Below, piece after piece: positions 13,093 to 25,716 of a stretch of 64,000 nucleotides of DNA (position 1 is its first letter; each line of letters starts with the position of its first letter). Position numbers and translations under genes: made by a program. The notes under the pieces are model-generated. The model saw only the letters and a list, made by a program, of their open reading frames with translations. It had not been told where the DNA came from and made no database searches. This DNA is from Octopus sinensis (lineage: Eukaryota), in NCBI RefSeq assembly GCF_006345805.1, contig NC_043007.1:71672001-71736000 (forward strand). The letters run 5' to 3'.

Positions 13093-13260
13093 CAGTTCAG
13101 AAGTAGCTTCGATTTTGTTTCCATTATCTATCCACAGTTCAGAAGTAGCTTCGATTTTATTTCCACTATTTATCCACAGTTCAGAAGTAGCTTCGATTTT
13201 GTTTCCATTATCTATCCACAGTTCAGAAGTAGCTTCGATTTTGTTTCCACTATTTATCCA
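13093..13260. repeat. 42-bp minisatellite, 4 units
   Basis: Unit CAGTTCAGAAGTAGCTTCGATTTTGTTTCCAYTATYTATCCA repeated head-to-tail four times. Confidence 0.95.
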
Positions 13261-13495
13261 CCAGAGAATATGTTTTAGAAGTTGTAAATGTTAGTTCCTA
13301 TCTAGAATCTTTCAGTTCTAAAACAATGCTGGACAAAATCATAATCAAGATAATAGTCATTGATAATTGATAATTAGAGAAAGTGTATAACTTAAGCAGG
13401 TTTTGTATAATTGCTTTAGCAACTTTTTACCTTAATTTCTGAGATTATCAATTATTAAAATAATTTAATTTCTGGATTATTAACAGCATGTCAAG

Positions 13496-15140
13496 CTAAC
13501 AAAGTTCATGCAGAATGCCCCTTGAAACATCCACCTTCCACAGTAATGGCTCGAGTGCCAGTACGTAGTGAAGGGGTGAGAGTGGGCATCCTTGATGGAC
13601 CAAACATGCTATGCTAAATGATTCTGACAGGTGGCCATTTACTTCGACCACCAAACAGATGTTGCTGTACATTGCAGCAATCCAGCATCTGAAAATGGGA
13701 CCAAAATCAGCCACCTTAAGGCCCCACCCATGCCATGTTCTTTACCAACCCTCTCTACAATGTATCATGTGAGGTGGAGGTTGTTGTGGATAGATCTGAT
13801 GGGGATAGCACAAGTCTGCACATCATGCACCAGTCTGTTGACAACAAGTACCAACCTCTTTGCAAATACCTTGGCCAAAATTTTGTAATTTGCATTTAGC
13901 AGATTTACAGGCCGAAAATTATCAACAATGTTCCCCTTGTTCGGATCCTTTCTCAGTAGCACCACTACCACACCTCACCTCAGATCTGGGGACTTTCCTG
14001 TTCTGCTGCCAGTTGTGGTAGACACCCTGCAAAGGCTCACCAAACAAGTCTGGCATATGAATATAAAGCTTGAAGGGCAGACCATCCAATCCTGGAGACT
14101 TCTCCCTTGTGCAACTAGCCAATGCGTCACTTGTATCTTCAGCTAGTATCAACATTTCACAGAACTCCACATCCCTGGCTGAAAGCTGTGGCAGACCATC
14201 AAGGTAGGAAATGAAGTTCACCTCTGCCTCAGGACAAAAACACACCCTATCCAGTTCAGCAAAGTACTGCTGAAATTCTCCACAAATCTGCTTGGACCCC
14301 TCAAAGACCAAATTGTAGTTTTATTACTACGTTGCGCCTTGGCCACCCAGGCCCATTGAACGGCTTTTGTTCCCACCTGTTTTGGAGTACGTGCCCTAGT
14401 TCTGACAATGCAACCTTCATGCTTGGTGTTGAAGAATTGATTCAGAACCAATCTCGCTGCTAGCACATCAGTCACTATGCCTCAAATGAGTGCCTCTTCC
14501 AGTTTCCTAACTAGATCTCCCTCTACTCTAGTCTTCTCTATCACTAGTTCCCTGCTAAATTTTACAGCTTCTACTCTAATCTCCCATTTTGGCACTACCT
14601 ACCATCAGTTGTTGACAACTTGCACCTGTCATCTTTCAATGGAGTAACTTGCTAAGTCAGCCTCTGAAACCTTGATGTGCCAGGAAGAACGTGTTCAGCT
14701 TCCAGTATTTGGGACCCTGCCTATGAAGCCTACCTAGGTCAACCATACAGATCACAAATTTGTGGTCTGTATAGCTGATGAGTTCGAACTGTGGATAACC
14801 TATGCTCTCCCTATCTGCTGGCCTACAAAATATCCTATCTAGATAAGATCTGGTTGACCTGATGCTGTTTGTCCATGTCCACACTGAGGCATTTGGGTAA
14901 TCCGGTCTGAACCTGTGAGCCAGTTGGAAACGACTGAGCAGGATTGTGAGGCTTGCGCACCCATCTTTTCTATTCGCTAGCCTCACCCAATCCACACATG
15001 CATCCAAGATGGCATACCAGTCACCCACTAACACTAAAGAGGAGACATCCCTAGAAAGACCTCCAAACATCTGAAGAAATCGAGCTACCCCAATCCAGTT
15101 GGAGCATACACAGCAACCAGTCTTTTTTCTGGGGACAAAG
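13496..15140 (-). mobile_element. Degenerate Tx1/L1-clade LINE ORF2 (APE endonuclease + RT), antisense in a Rel intron
   Basis: Frameshifted fragments: LVGDWYAIL...VWTWTN...RSYLDRIF...YTDHKFV...YWKLN (APE); KSPGLDGLPFKLY; FRPVNLLNANYKILAKVFAKRL...QTCAIPIRSIHNNLHL; QGCPLSPLHYVLALEPLL (RT). Confidence 0.9.
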
Positions 15141-15426
15141 ATTATTGTCTTATGCTCCCTTTTAATCAATAATATCAACAAATACAGTAGTTTTGATAAC
15201 AAAAATACCTGTCAAGCTTCTGTCAACGTTCTTGCCTTCCAACCAGAAGTATAATAATAATGATGATAATAATAATAATAGCAATGAAATATGAATATTA
15301 GATATACCATGAGTAACTTCATGCTTTAGTTTGGATTTTTGTGGATTATTTTTCTCTTTAATAGACAATGTTTAATGCTGATATTCTTGTAACCTTTTCT
15401 TTTTTTGTCTTTTTTTTCTTCTTTAG

Positions 15427-15968
15427 AAGTAATGCCACATACTTCGAACTATGATATGAAACTTGAAGAACCTAGTAACTTGAACTGTGTAATGCCTTCT
15501 AACCCTATTCAACATGAAGTACCAACATTTCCACCCACTGATCTATTTTCAGTAGAGCCAACTTATGAAAGTTCTAGTTCTATATTGAAAGCTTTGGAGT
15601 TATCTCAAGCAGAAGACATTGGATTTTTATCAGAAGACACATTCAGTAAATATCTATCAGATTTAAGTTCAACCAACACTTTTGCTAATATAACAGATAC
15701 ACATGACCTTGCTTTAGAATCATTAAATTTTTATCAAGATAAATTTAATGTTGATTCTTCAAGCAGTACATCACAATGTGTTGGACACAATATTCCAAGG
15801 CTTGATGGCATTTACAATATTATCATGGCATTTATAGAAAATATATATTTTTATCTGTTATATTTTCTTAAGTTCATCATCAATGAAGAATGTTGTTTTC
15901 TACAAATGAAATTTACTTTGTTGGTGTTTCTAGTGATAACTATCATAAAGAAATATGACCATTTTTGA
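15427..15968 (+). CDS. Rel: Probable last coding exon of Rel (acidic Ser-rich putative transactivation tail)
   Basis: Long polypyrimidine tract then ctttag/ at 15426; phase 1 gives EVMPHTSNY.... The frame is open to TGA at 15966-15968 and is rich in D/E/S/F/L. The exact 3' end is uncertain. Confidence 0.7.
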
Positions 15969-17390
15969 GATTCTTCCCAGGAATATATTAACAAACATCA
16001 TTTTTTTTTCATTACTCTGCTCTTACATTTCTTCCCAGTGAAGTTGTCTTTTAATTAATTTTACTTATACAATTAAAGCTGATACTCTAGTGTAAAGAAT
16101 TTCCAACAAAATTTGTGAAAAGAATCCTTTTACTTGTAAATTACCATTGATATAATTGTAAAATCTTTCTCTCTTAGATATTATGATAAAAAAGTTGTTA
16201 CATTTTCGCTTTGAGTAGAAAAAGATGCCATTGTTGTTATTTAGTTGTTCCATTTGGCATTGTTTAAGAATATATTGGGCACAGAAATGTGTGATTGATT
16301 TTTAAAACAAAATTTTACCCTATGTATTTTCTGAACAATAATGGGGTTGGCTCTAAGTTTTCAGCAGGTGAGTCACTGTTTCAGGCATTTCTTATGGCAA
16401 AAGTGATGAGAGAGGGATTGTGTAACTGAGGTGGAATAAATACCACAAGGTATTTTTGCTTGAAAGCTGCGGCAACTTTATCAGCTTCTTGCTGATAGAC
16501 ATCAGTGAAAGATACGCACGCACACACACACACACACACATACACACACATGAATCTTTCCATCAACTTCCTAGATGTGGCCACGCTATTTTACAAAGAG
16601 GTATGTCTTAATTTTTATAAGTGAAAATGCATTTTTGGTGACTCTAGACATTCTTTTGTCTACAGCTTGAGCAATTATGTAGAAGCTCCTTTATGTACTT
16701 GTGAAATACCTTTGTTACACCTAAATTGGATTTCCTTATTTTCTAATCACAAACCATTTATGAAACTTAGAATGGGATTGATAGAATTAAGAGATAGGTT
16801 GCCGTGAATGCTAACTGTTTAGTAGCATTGATCTAAAAAAGATACTTTTATTCTTTTACACGTTTCAGTCATTTGACTGCAGCCATGCTGGAGCACTGCC
16901 TTAAAGTGTTTTAGTTGATGAAATCAACCCCAGGATTTATTCCTTGTAAGCCTAACACTTATTCTAACAGTCTCTTTTGCTGAATTGCTAAGTTACAAGG
17001 ACATAAATATACCAACATCAGTTGTCAAGCAATGGTGGGGAGACAAGCACAGACACAAAGACACACACAGAGAAATATATACATATTTATATATATATTT
17101 ATACATATATATATTTGTATATATATACACATACGTATATATATTTATAAATAATATGGGTGGGTTATTTGCAATTTTACAACCTAAATACAGAAATATA
17201 GATGTCACTAAAGTGCCAACAGGCACTAATCAGTACCAGTATTGCTAGCAATAAGAGTCAAAAACAGCTCAATAGCCACGAAAAGCACTATCTTAATGAC
17301 TGACAAGGGAGGTAAGTTCCCTACAGCAGTGGACGTAGCTAGATCATCAATGATTTCACATTTTAATGCTTGTCAGTGGCTCTCACCACA

Positions 17391-17438
<48 letters not shown>

Positions 17439-19399
17439 CACACACACACACACACATATATGGTGGGCTTCTTTCAGTTTCTGTCTACCAAATCCACTCA
17501 CAAGGCTTTGTTCAGCTCGAAGCTATAGTAGAAGACACTTGTTCAAGGTGCCATGCGGTGGGACTGAACAGGAACCAAGTGGTTGAGAAGCAAGCTTCTT
17601 ACCACACAGACACACCTCAATACCGAATGATTGACTACACTGTCAAACATGTATTATGGTGAATATTTGACCAGTCAGGTTTGTATATAAAAATATAGAA
17701 TGACTTTGGTGAAAATTACATGTGACTATTTGGTGAAAAATATATTAAATCCTAGTAAGAGCAGAAGTAAAGTGATGGAAAAAAAATAAAGAATAAATGG
17801 TTTCAACAGATGATTGATGTCTTGACAACAAAGGAAAACAGATTTTAAAATGATGATATTGTTATTCAATGGCTTTATTGAAACTGTACATAATTGTTTT
17901 TTTTTTTTATATATCTGTTCTGTCTTAGAGATTAGAAAACATGAAATAAAGACATTGTCAAACCCTCCTCCCATCTCTCTTTCTCTCTCTCTCTCTTTCT
18001 TTCTCTCTCTCTCTCTTTCTTTCTCTCTCTCTCTCTCTCTCTATCTATCTTCTGTTTCCTCTCTATTTGCTTCACTCTCGTTACTTTTTCTTCTTCCTCC
18101 GTCCTAACTATTTCATGTTTTAAATCATTTATGGATGCATGTAACTTTTATTCTATACAAATTACTCTCTATACACAACTACTAACCTTTCCACACTAAA
18201 ACCATGTTGAAGTTTTCACTTGCAAAACATTGCTAAAGAGTAAAAATCCAATATTTGTTACCTTTTGTTGTTACTGTTATTCTTTTGTTTTTCATTATTG
18301 TTGCCTGTGAGACTAACAGAATTTTTGGGTTTGTGTTTTAGCTATGGCTTTGTGGCTGTCTTTTTAATTACAATATGTATTTGTTGATTTAAGAAGTTTA
18401 TTTCCTTATATTGGTGTTAATTTAGCAGGTTATTTAATTTAACCCTCTAGCATTCAAACCGGCCATATCCAGCCAAAATATTTAACCTGTTTTATATTGA
18501 AACTGACCAGATCTCACCTCTCACCTCAGCCCTGCCATGTCATTCTAAAACTAAAAAATCACATCACTGAAATATCTAAACTACAAGATAATGTATGATT
18601 AATTCAAAACAATATATATAAACAACCATCACATTTGATAGAATAATCTGAACACTACAGGCCTTCTAGTTGTCGGTAGAAGATGCAAAATGAAATATTT
18701 TACATATGGGTGACCTTGAAACAGCTTCTCACAATAATTCATTAATTTATTATTGATCAACATTTCTACTTGAAATTAATATATTTTGAACTTATCTAGG
18801 TTGCATATTAGATCTATAATGACAGGGCTGTTCTGGACATTGCCAAGACTTTGAGTGCTTGACCATTATTTTGTAATGACACCTTAATTTTAAGTTTGGA
18901 GCTTCCCCAGTTACTTTTCCAGCCACTCTTTACAAATGAATAGCATTCTTTTGCATCAAGCAAGGGCACTTCTTTTGCCGAACATTTAAAGAGTTAGCAG
19001 ACATGATAGCAGAATTTTATTTTTTTGCCCTTATTGTCTGTGCATGTGAGAGCAGTGATACCATCCCTGCAGCTAGAGATAGTGGCTCTTACTCAAGCTG
19101 AAATTTGTTGTGTCAGAGCTAAATGCTCAAAACTCAACTTCATCTAGAGAGCAGAGTAACTGTCTACATAGCCCTTCATGCTAGTGTTCACACAGTGCTA
19201 GTCTCCTCAAGCATGAGGGAATTACAAACCACAATGCTGTTATCATTGACACAGAGACAAGTGAGCACCCTACTGTCTATTGAAACACAGTAAGAACAGC
19301 CCGCTTCTGTGTTACTTCAGGTTGTTAAGCATTCTCTGGTTATTACTTAGATGACAGATCATTTTTTATCAGGAAATGTAAACATATGCTTAAATAGAT

Positions 19400-20260
19400 A
19401 TTCATTGTTGCTGATTTCTTTGAAAGTGGAGAATTTAAATATTTAAGGTAATGTAGAAAGACTGTTAACCCTTTCGTTACTGTATTTATTTTGAGATGCT
19501 CTGTGTTTCTTTCAATTATTTAAAATATAACAAAGAATTTAGTGAATTAACTTCATTATCATTAAGCTAGTGTTAGGAACATAAATTGTGATTAAGATTT
19601 GGTGGAAGATTTGAATTCAAAACTTATGAAAACAAGACATTTGTACTAAAGAGCCAGAGCCAGTTTCAGCCAGGTTGGTAATGAAAAGGTTAAGCACAGA
19701 TTTTATGCAGAAAATATTGATTGAGATATATTTTCTACTTGCTACAAGCTGTTGATTTCAACCAGTCTGAATAACAAAAGATTATTGGCCAACCTGGACT
19801 CCTATGATGACATTTTGCACTTGTGGCAGAGATCTTCCTGTACAGTATCATGGTTCAGCTAATGGCAACAGTGTTACATGCAGGCAAAAGATGGGAAAAG
19901 TTACAAAAATCATCAAAATGTTACCTATCTTTCACCAAAGATGTTTGAGTAAAGTTGTGTAAAATTCTGATCATGTCAGAAATGACGAAGACTTAAGAAG
20001 TGCATCGTCACAGACTCTGAGATATGGTAACAGAACAAAGTATCTTATTGGCTGGTCGCATCTTACAGTGTACAGATTATCTATATGCTAAACCAACATC
20101 AACAGGAAGAAGGTAAGACTACTGGCTACATAGCTTTCAATTATTTAAGATGATTAGAAGGTAATCAACAGACTCCAGAAAATAGATCATGCAAATGATA
20201 GAATACTGGAGGAAAACTACTGCTCAAAGTGCAACCATGCATGGGAATGATTAATTAACT
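19400..20260 (+). mobile_element. Highly decayed RTE-clade LINE 3' fragment, interrupted by a MITE
   Basis: Broken frames resemble RT thumb and C-terminal motifs (ENFKYLG; FHQRCL...DHVRNDE.LR; LAGRIL; NDRILWRK..AQ.ATMHG). Boundaries approximate. Confidence 0.5.
19469..19689. mobile_element. piggyBac-type MITE
   Basis: TTAA at 19465-19468 and 19690-19693. Imperfect 12-bp TIR CCCTTTCGTTAC / GTAATGAAAAGG. Confidence 0.7.
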
Positions 20261-20746
20261 AATTCTGGTGACACAAAAGTTAGTTATTGTTAAGCACTGT
20301 GTAATAGGAAAGATTGTTCCTTGCTCATGGCTATGAAATAGAAACTGCTTATAAACTGTTAGGTTCTGTAATGAATGGTGCAGTGGAATACTCAGTTAAC
20401 AGAATGTAAAACAAGGAAGCTTTTAATGTGTTGGTGTATTTATGTATGTATATATATACATGGCCGATGCCAGCGCCGCTTTGACTGGCTTCCATGCCGG
20501 TGGCACATAAAAAACACCAATCCAATCGTGGCCATTGCCAACCTCGCCTGGCACCTGTGCCGGTGGCATGTAAAAAGCACCCACTACACTCACGGAGTGG
20601 TTGGCGTTAGGAAGGGCATCCAGCTGTAGAAACACTGCCAGATCAGACTGGAGCCTGGTGCAGCCTTCTGGCTTCCCAGATCCCGGCCAAACCGTCAAAC
20701 CCATGCTAGCATGGAGAACGGACATTAAACAATGATGATGTGTGTG

Positions 20747-20797
<51 letters not shown>

Positions 20798-21393
20798 CAT
20801 ACATTAGATACATGCATACAAGGTTGGCCAAAAGTTAACTGATAGTAAATCAAAATTCTATAAATACTATCTGTAATTCTGTATTGACTCAGATGGAAAA
20901 ATGTGTTGCTCAAGAAGGACTTCAGTTTGAACAATTTTCATCATGTTTCATATTTAGATGCTTTTATTAAATTCATTCAGTTGTTAGAAATAAATAAATC
21001 TTGGTATTAAATGGTTTTGATTTACTGTCAGGTGACTTTTGGCCAACCCTGTATATATATATACAGATTATCATTTATCTTCAAATCCAAATATTGATTG
21101 GATAATCACTCATTTATTCCTTATAGTCAGTTATTTCAAAAAATTTCATTGTTTAAATATTTATAATTCATTTATATCAAGCAAAAGCAAATCTTATATG
21201 CAAGCATCTTAAAGCTTGTTGTCTAGAATCTATTATATCATCCTATATATATATATCCTATTATATATATATATAATCATCATATATTATCTATATATAT
21301 GTATATATATATATATACACAATAATAAGGACTATTATGAAGTAGTATTAGCATTACCTTTAATTCATTTTATATATAAATACAGCCTCAAAT

Positions 21394-21479
21394 AGACCTA
21401 CATATGTTTCTACTGTATTACTTAGTAACTGTTGCAATTGCAACCTTACTATAATACCAGTGCAGTTTCTTCAGGGTCT
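21394..21479 (-). ncRNA. Minimal type-I hammerhead ribozyme motif (left inverted pLTR)
   Basis: Minus strand reads AGACC CTGAAGA AACTG...CAGTA GAAA CATATG TA GGTCT. Stem I 5 bp, palindromic stem III, GUA triplet. First stem II pair is A.A. Confidence 0.7.
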
Positions 21480-22406
21480 TCATTTTAATATCTGTTGAGA
21501 TTTAACTGGTTAAAGTTTTATGTTGATTTTCTTTGCGTTCAGTGATGTGGGGTTATACTTTAATTTAGACATAAACTATCTTCAATTCCAAAAAACTCAA
21601 ATAGAAGAAGATGCGAAGAATTTAGAAGTCGTAGAAATGGAAACAACTTAATTTAATCTAATTGATAACATAGAATCGAATAAAAATTCTGCTAGAAATT
21701 GAACACATATAACTTTATGTGAAAGAGTAATAAAGAACTTTGTAAAAATGAATATGTTTTTACCACAAATAATCAAATTAATACCAAATCTGAGAGAAAT
21801 ACAAGAAATTATCTCTGAAATTGTTCTAAACAATACTCCTGTTATGTTAATAATAAATGTAAAACTAAAAATGTAATATATAGATGAAAAGTTACATCTG
21901 AGGGAAATTAATATTTTTATATTGGTGTGACTACACTAATTTTCCCAAAAAGACTAGCTAATCATTTAAATTCAGTTAGAAATAAAAATAAAAAAAATTC
22001 AAAACAAGTCTAAGTAGTTTGATCTGGTCTATTAAAGACAAGCAAAAACTATACTGTCAACTGGGAATTAGTACTGCAAAACCATACCAGGAACTAATAG
22101 ATGTATAGAAGAATTTTACCAAATTTTTACATCTGAGGATGATATAATAGATTCTAGACAACAACAAGCTTTAAGATGCTTGCATAAAAGAAGATTTGCT
22201 TTTGCTTGATATAAATGAATTATAAATATTTAATCAAGGAAATTTTTTGAAATAACTGACTATAAGGAATAAATGAGTGATTATCCAATCAATATTTGGA
22301 ATTGAAGATATGCTTGTCTAAATTAACATACAACTCCACATCATTGAACTCAAAGAAAATCAACATAAATCTTTAACCAGTTAAATCTCAATGGATATTA
22401 AAATGA

Positions 22407-22492
22407 AGACCCTGAAGAAACTACACTGGTATTATAATAAGATTGCAATTTCAACGGTTACTAAGTAATACAGTAGAAACATATGTAGGTCT
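22407..22492 (+). ncRNA. Minimal type-I hammerhead ribozyme motif (right pLTR)
   Basis: AGACC(22407) CTGAAGA(22412-18) ... GAAA(22476-79) CATATG TA GGTCT. Stem II weakened by extra mismatches. Confidence 0.6.
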
Positions 22493-22770
22493 ATTTGAGG
22501 CTGTATTTATATATAAAATGAATTAAAAGTAACGCTAATACTACTTTGTAATAATCCTTATTATCATTGATATTCAGTGCTCCAAAAAACCTATATGGTT
22601 TAGAATAATCCAATGGAATATATCACTAAATTTTTATCATATAAGTATTATCACTGGATTTATATACTAACTGTTGAGTAGCCTACTTTGTATACCTGAG
22701 CAAACCAGTAAATGTATGAAGAAATCCCTTACTAATTACCAATATATATATGTGTGTGTGTGTGTGTGAA

Positions 22771-23105
22771 GGCGCATGGCTCAGTGGTTAGAGCATAGAG
22801 CTTACGATCGTGAGGTTGTAAGTTCGATTCCCGGACTGGGCTGTGCGTTGTGTTCTTCAGCAAGACACTTTATGTCACGTTGTTCCAGTTAACTCAGCTG
22901 TAGAAATGAGTTGCGACATCACTGGTGCCAAGCGCTGTATCGGCCTTTGCCTTTCCCTTGGATAACACTGGTGGCATGGAGAGTGGAGGCCGGTATGCAT
23001 GGGCGACTGCTAGCCTTCCACAAACAATCTTGCCCTGACTTGTGCCTCGGAGGGCAACTTTCTAGGTGCAGTCCCATGGTCATTCATGACTGAAGGGGGT
23101 CTCCT
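22771..23105 (+). mobile_element. tRNA-headed SINE, near full length
   Basis: A box TGGCTCAGTGG and B box GTTCGATTCCC, followed by a non-tRNA body GCAAGACACTTTA...CAGCTGTAGAAATG. Related copies at about 26730-27035(-), 34560-34810(-) and 57455-57715(-). Confidence 0.8.
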
Positions 23106-23111
23106 CCTCTC

Positions 23112-23146
<35 letters not shown>

Positions 23147-23257
23147 TAAATTAGAGATAAAACCACTATTAGGCAACTCAAATTTAATTTATATTTATAC
23201 TGTGAAATTTAATTTAATCCTAAATCTAATTTTTCCCTGTAAGTTTGGATATGCTCC

Positions 23258-23295
<38 letters not shown>

Positions 23296-23299
<4 letters not shown>

Positions 23300-24643
23300 G
23301 TTGTCCAGAAAGCTCTGAGCAGTTTGATGGCATGTAAAAAGCACCATTCAAGTATAGTCAATGCCAGTACTGAATGACTGGCCCACTACACTCTCGGAAT
23401 GGTTGGTGTTAGGAAGGGCATCCATCTGTAGAAACTTTGCCAGATCAGATTGGAGCCTGGTGCAGCCTTCTGGCTCGCCAGCCCTCAGTCAAACTGTCCA
23501 ACCCATGCCAGCATGGAAAGCGGACGTTAAACAATGATGATGATGATGATGATGATGATAATGAAAACGGGATATAAGTAATTGACCTTTTAATAAATTT
23601 TATTCAATGAAATAATTTCCATTGTGATTAATGACTTTTGCCCATCTATCTGGCAATTTGATTATTCCATGAGCATAAAATTTGACTGGTTTTGAAGAAA
23701 AAAAGTTATCTAGATGCATTTTGACTCCATCTAATTCATTGTTTTTCCTTGCAATGAGTTCTGTAGAAACAAAAGCAAGTGGTAGTTGGATGGTGCAATA
23801 TCAGGAGAATACAGTGGGTGGAGTCAGAGATCTCAGCCAAGTTCATGTAACTTTGTTTGGTAGCCAAGGACACATGTCTTGTTGAAAAACTACCCCTTTC
23901 CTGTTGGCAATCTCCAGCCTCAGTTCTTCAATTTTTTGGTTCAAATTAACCAGCTGATGACAGTATACATCAGAATTAATGGTCTGATTTTGTGGGAGAA
24001 GCTCATAATAAATAATGCCTTTATGATCCCACCAAACACAAAGCATAGCATTTTTGGCATGGATATTCATCTTTGGTTGCTGTTTTGGGGTATTCTTACG
24101 GAAACACCAGGATCTTTCTCTCACTACATTTTGTACACAATCCATTTATTTTTCTCCAGTCACAAATTGTTTCAAAAAAAGGCATGCTTTCATTTTGTTT
24201 CAAAAGTATATTACAAATGGAGTACCAGTCCAAGCAATTCTTTTCTGAGAGTTTGAGTTTCCTTCAATTTTTGCCTTCAAAACATCATCCAATTTTTAAG
24301 GTCTTCCATTGACTTATCTTCCAAGCCAAACTCTCCAGCTTTAAACTTTGCAATCCACCTTTGAACAGTTGATTCACATACAGCATCATCACCATAAACT
24401 TCACAAATGGTTTGGTAATCTTTGTGGCATTTTCTCCTTTTTAAAAAAGAAAAGCATTACAACGCGTATATAAAATTTTTGGTTATCCATTTCAAATGTC
24501 AATAAAAGGTATCTGGAATGAAAGATAAATCTATTTTTAGTCAGGAACAAAGAAGAGATGCCAAATTTTTTACATTTCAGGTGTGTTCAATGAAGTTTAA
24601 AAGATTTAGCTTACAAACACTCAGAACATTCCTGACAACCTTA
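23296..24643 (-). mobile_element. Near full-length degenerate mariner transposon with nested insertion (about 23325-23560)
   Basis: TIRs TTAGGTTGTCCAGAAAGCTCTGAG and the reverse complement of CTCAGAACATTCCTGACAACCTTA. Transposase fragment KNAMLCVWWDHKGIIYYELLPQNQTINSDVYCHQL...RKGVVFQQD. Confidence 0.88.
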
Positions 24644-24654
24644 TATATATATAT

Positions 24655-25341
24655 CATCATCATCATCGTTTAGCATCTGCTTTGCATGCTAGCATGGGTT
24701 GTATGATTTGACTGAGGACTGGCAAGCCAGATGGCTGCACCAGGCTCCAATCTGATCTGACAGAATTTCTACAGCTGGATGCCCTTCCTAATGCCAACCA
24801 CTCCAAGAGTGTAGTGGGTGCTTTTAACATGGTACTGGCATCAACCATGCTCAAATGGGGTTTTTTATGTGCCACCTGCACAAGAGCCAGTTCAGCAGCA
24901 CTCACAATGGCTTCGCTCAAATATTGTATTTCTCATGCCACCAGCACAAGTGCCAGTAAGGCGACGCTGGTACTGATCACACTCAAATGGTGCTTTTTAC
25001 ATGTCACCAGCACAGGAGCCAGTCAGCGACCCTGGCAATGATCACATTCGGATGGTGCTCTTAGTGCTCCACTAGTACAGATGCCAGTCATGCGGTGCTG
25101 TCATTGAATTTGATTTCAATTTCAATTTCACTTGCCTCAACAGGTCTTTGCAAGCAGAGTTTAGTGTCCAGTGAAGGAAAGGTACGCTTAAGTGGGCTGA
25201 TTACTCCCCTGGCATAGGCCACAGGTTGGCTTGCCTGGTCTTCTCAAGCACGGCATATTTCCGAAGGTTTCAGTCACTAGTCATTGCTTCGGTGAGGCCT
25301 AATGTTCGAAGGTCGTGCTTCACCACCTCATCCCAGGTCTT
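24655..25341 (-). mobile_element. 5'-truncated RTE-clade LINE (ORF end plus 3' tail)
   Basis: Minus strand [25 protein letters not shown], followed by a tail ending CCATGCTAGCATG...AAACGATGATGATG. The same tail alone occurs at about 1650-1980, 20460-20740, 23330-23560, 28150-28330, 35960-36135 and 37365-37545. Confidence 0.75.
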
Positions 25342-25491
25342 CCTGGGATGAGGTGGTGAAACATATGTATATATATATATATATGACTCTCCCCAGACAC
25401 AACAGTATATATAAATGCATATATATATATGTATATATATACATATATATTTATATATATATATATACATATATATTTATATACATATATA

Positions 25492-25535
<44 letters not shown>

Positions 25536-25553
25536 TATTTATATACATATATA

Positions 25554-25603
<50 letters not shown>

Positions 25604-25716
25604 CATATATATGTGTATGAATGTATGTTTAGGTATAAATCCTTAAAATCCTTTAAAATGTTTTAGCCCGAAGGCCGCGGCCATGCTGGGGCACCACCGC
25701 TGAAAACAATGTGCTA

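Larger units (their letters stand above)
21321..22562 (+). mobile_element. Penelope-like element remnant: GIY-YIG fragment between inverted pseudo-LTRs
   Basis: Inverted arms of about 270 bp (21321-21592 and 22295-22562). The interior + strand has decayed KTKNVIY...FYIGVT...KRLANHLNSVRNK...LKDK...AKPY...SRQQQALRCLHKRRF, typical of PLE GIY-YIG C-termini. Confidence 0.75.

Noticed and set aside
13093-13260. CRISPR-like look of the 42-bp repeats
   Set aside because: There are no unique spacers, the units are contiguous, and the context is a eukaryotic intron.
22771-22845. tRNA gene
   Set aside because: It has A/B boxes but no closed acceptor stem and continues into a repeated SINE body. The same applies to the other SINE heads.
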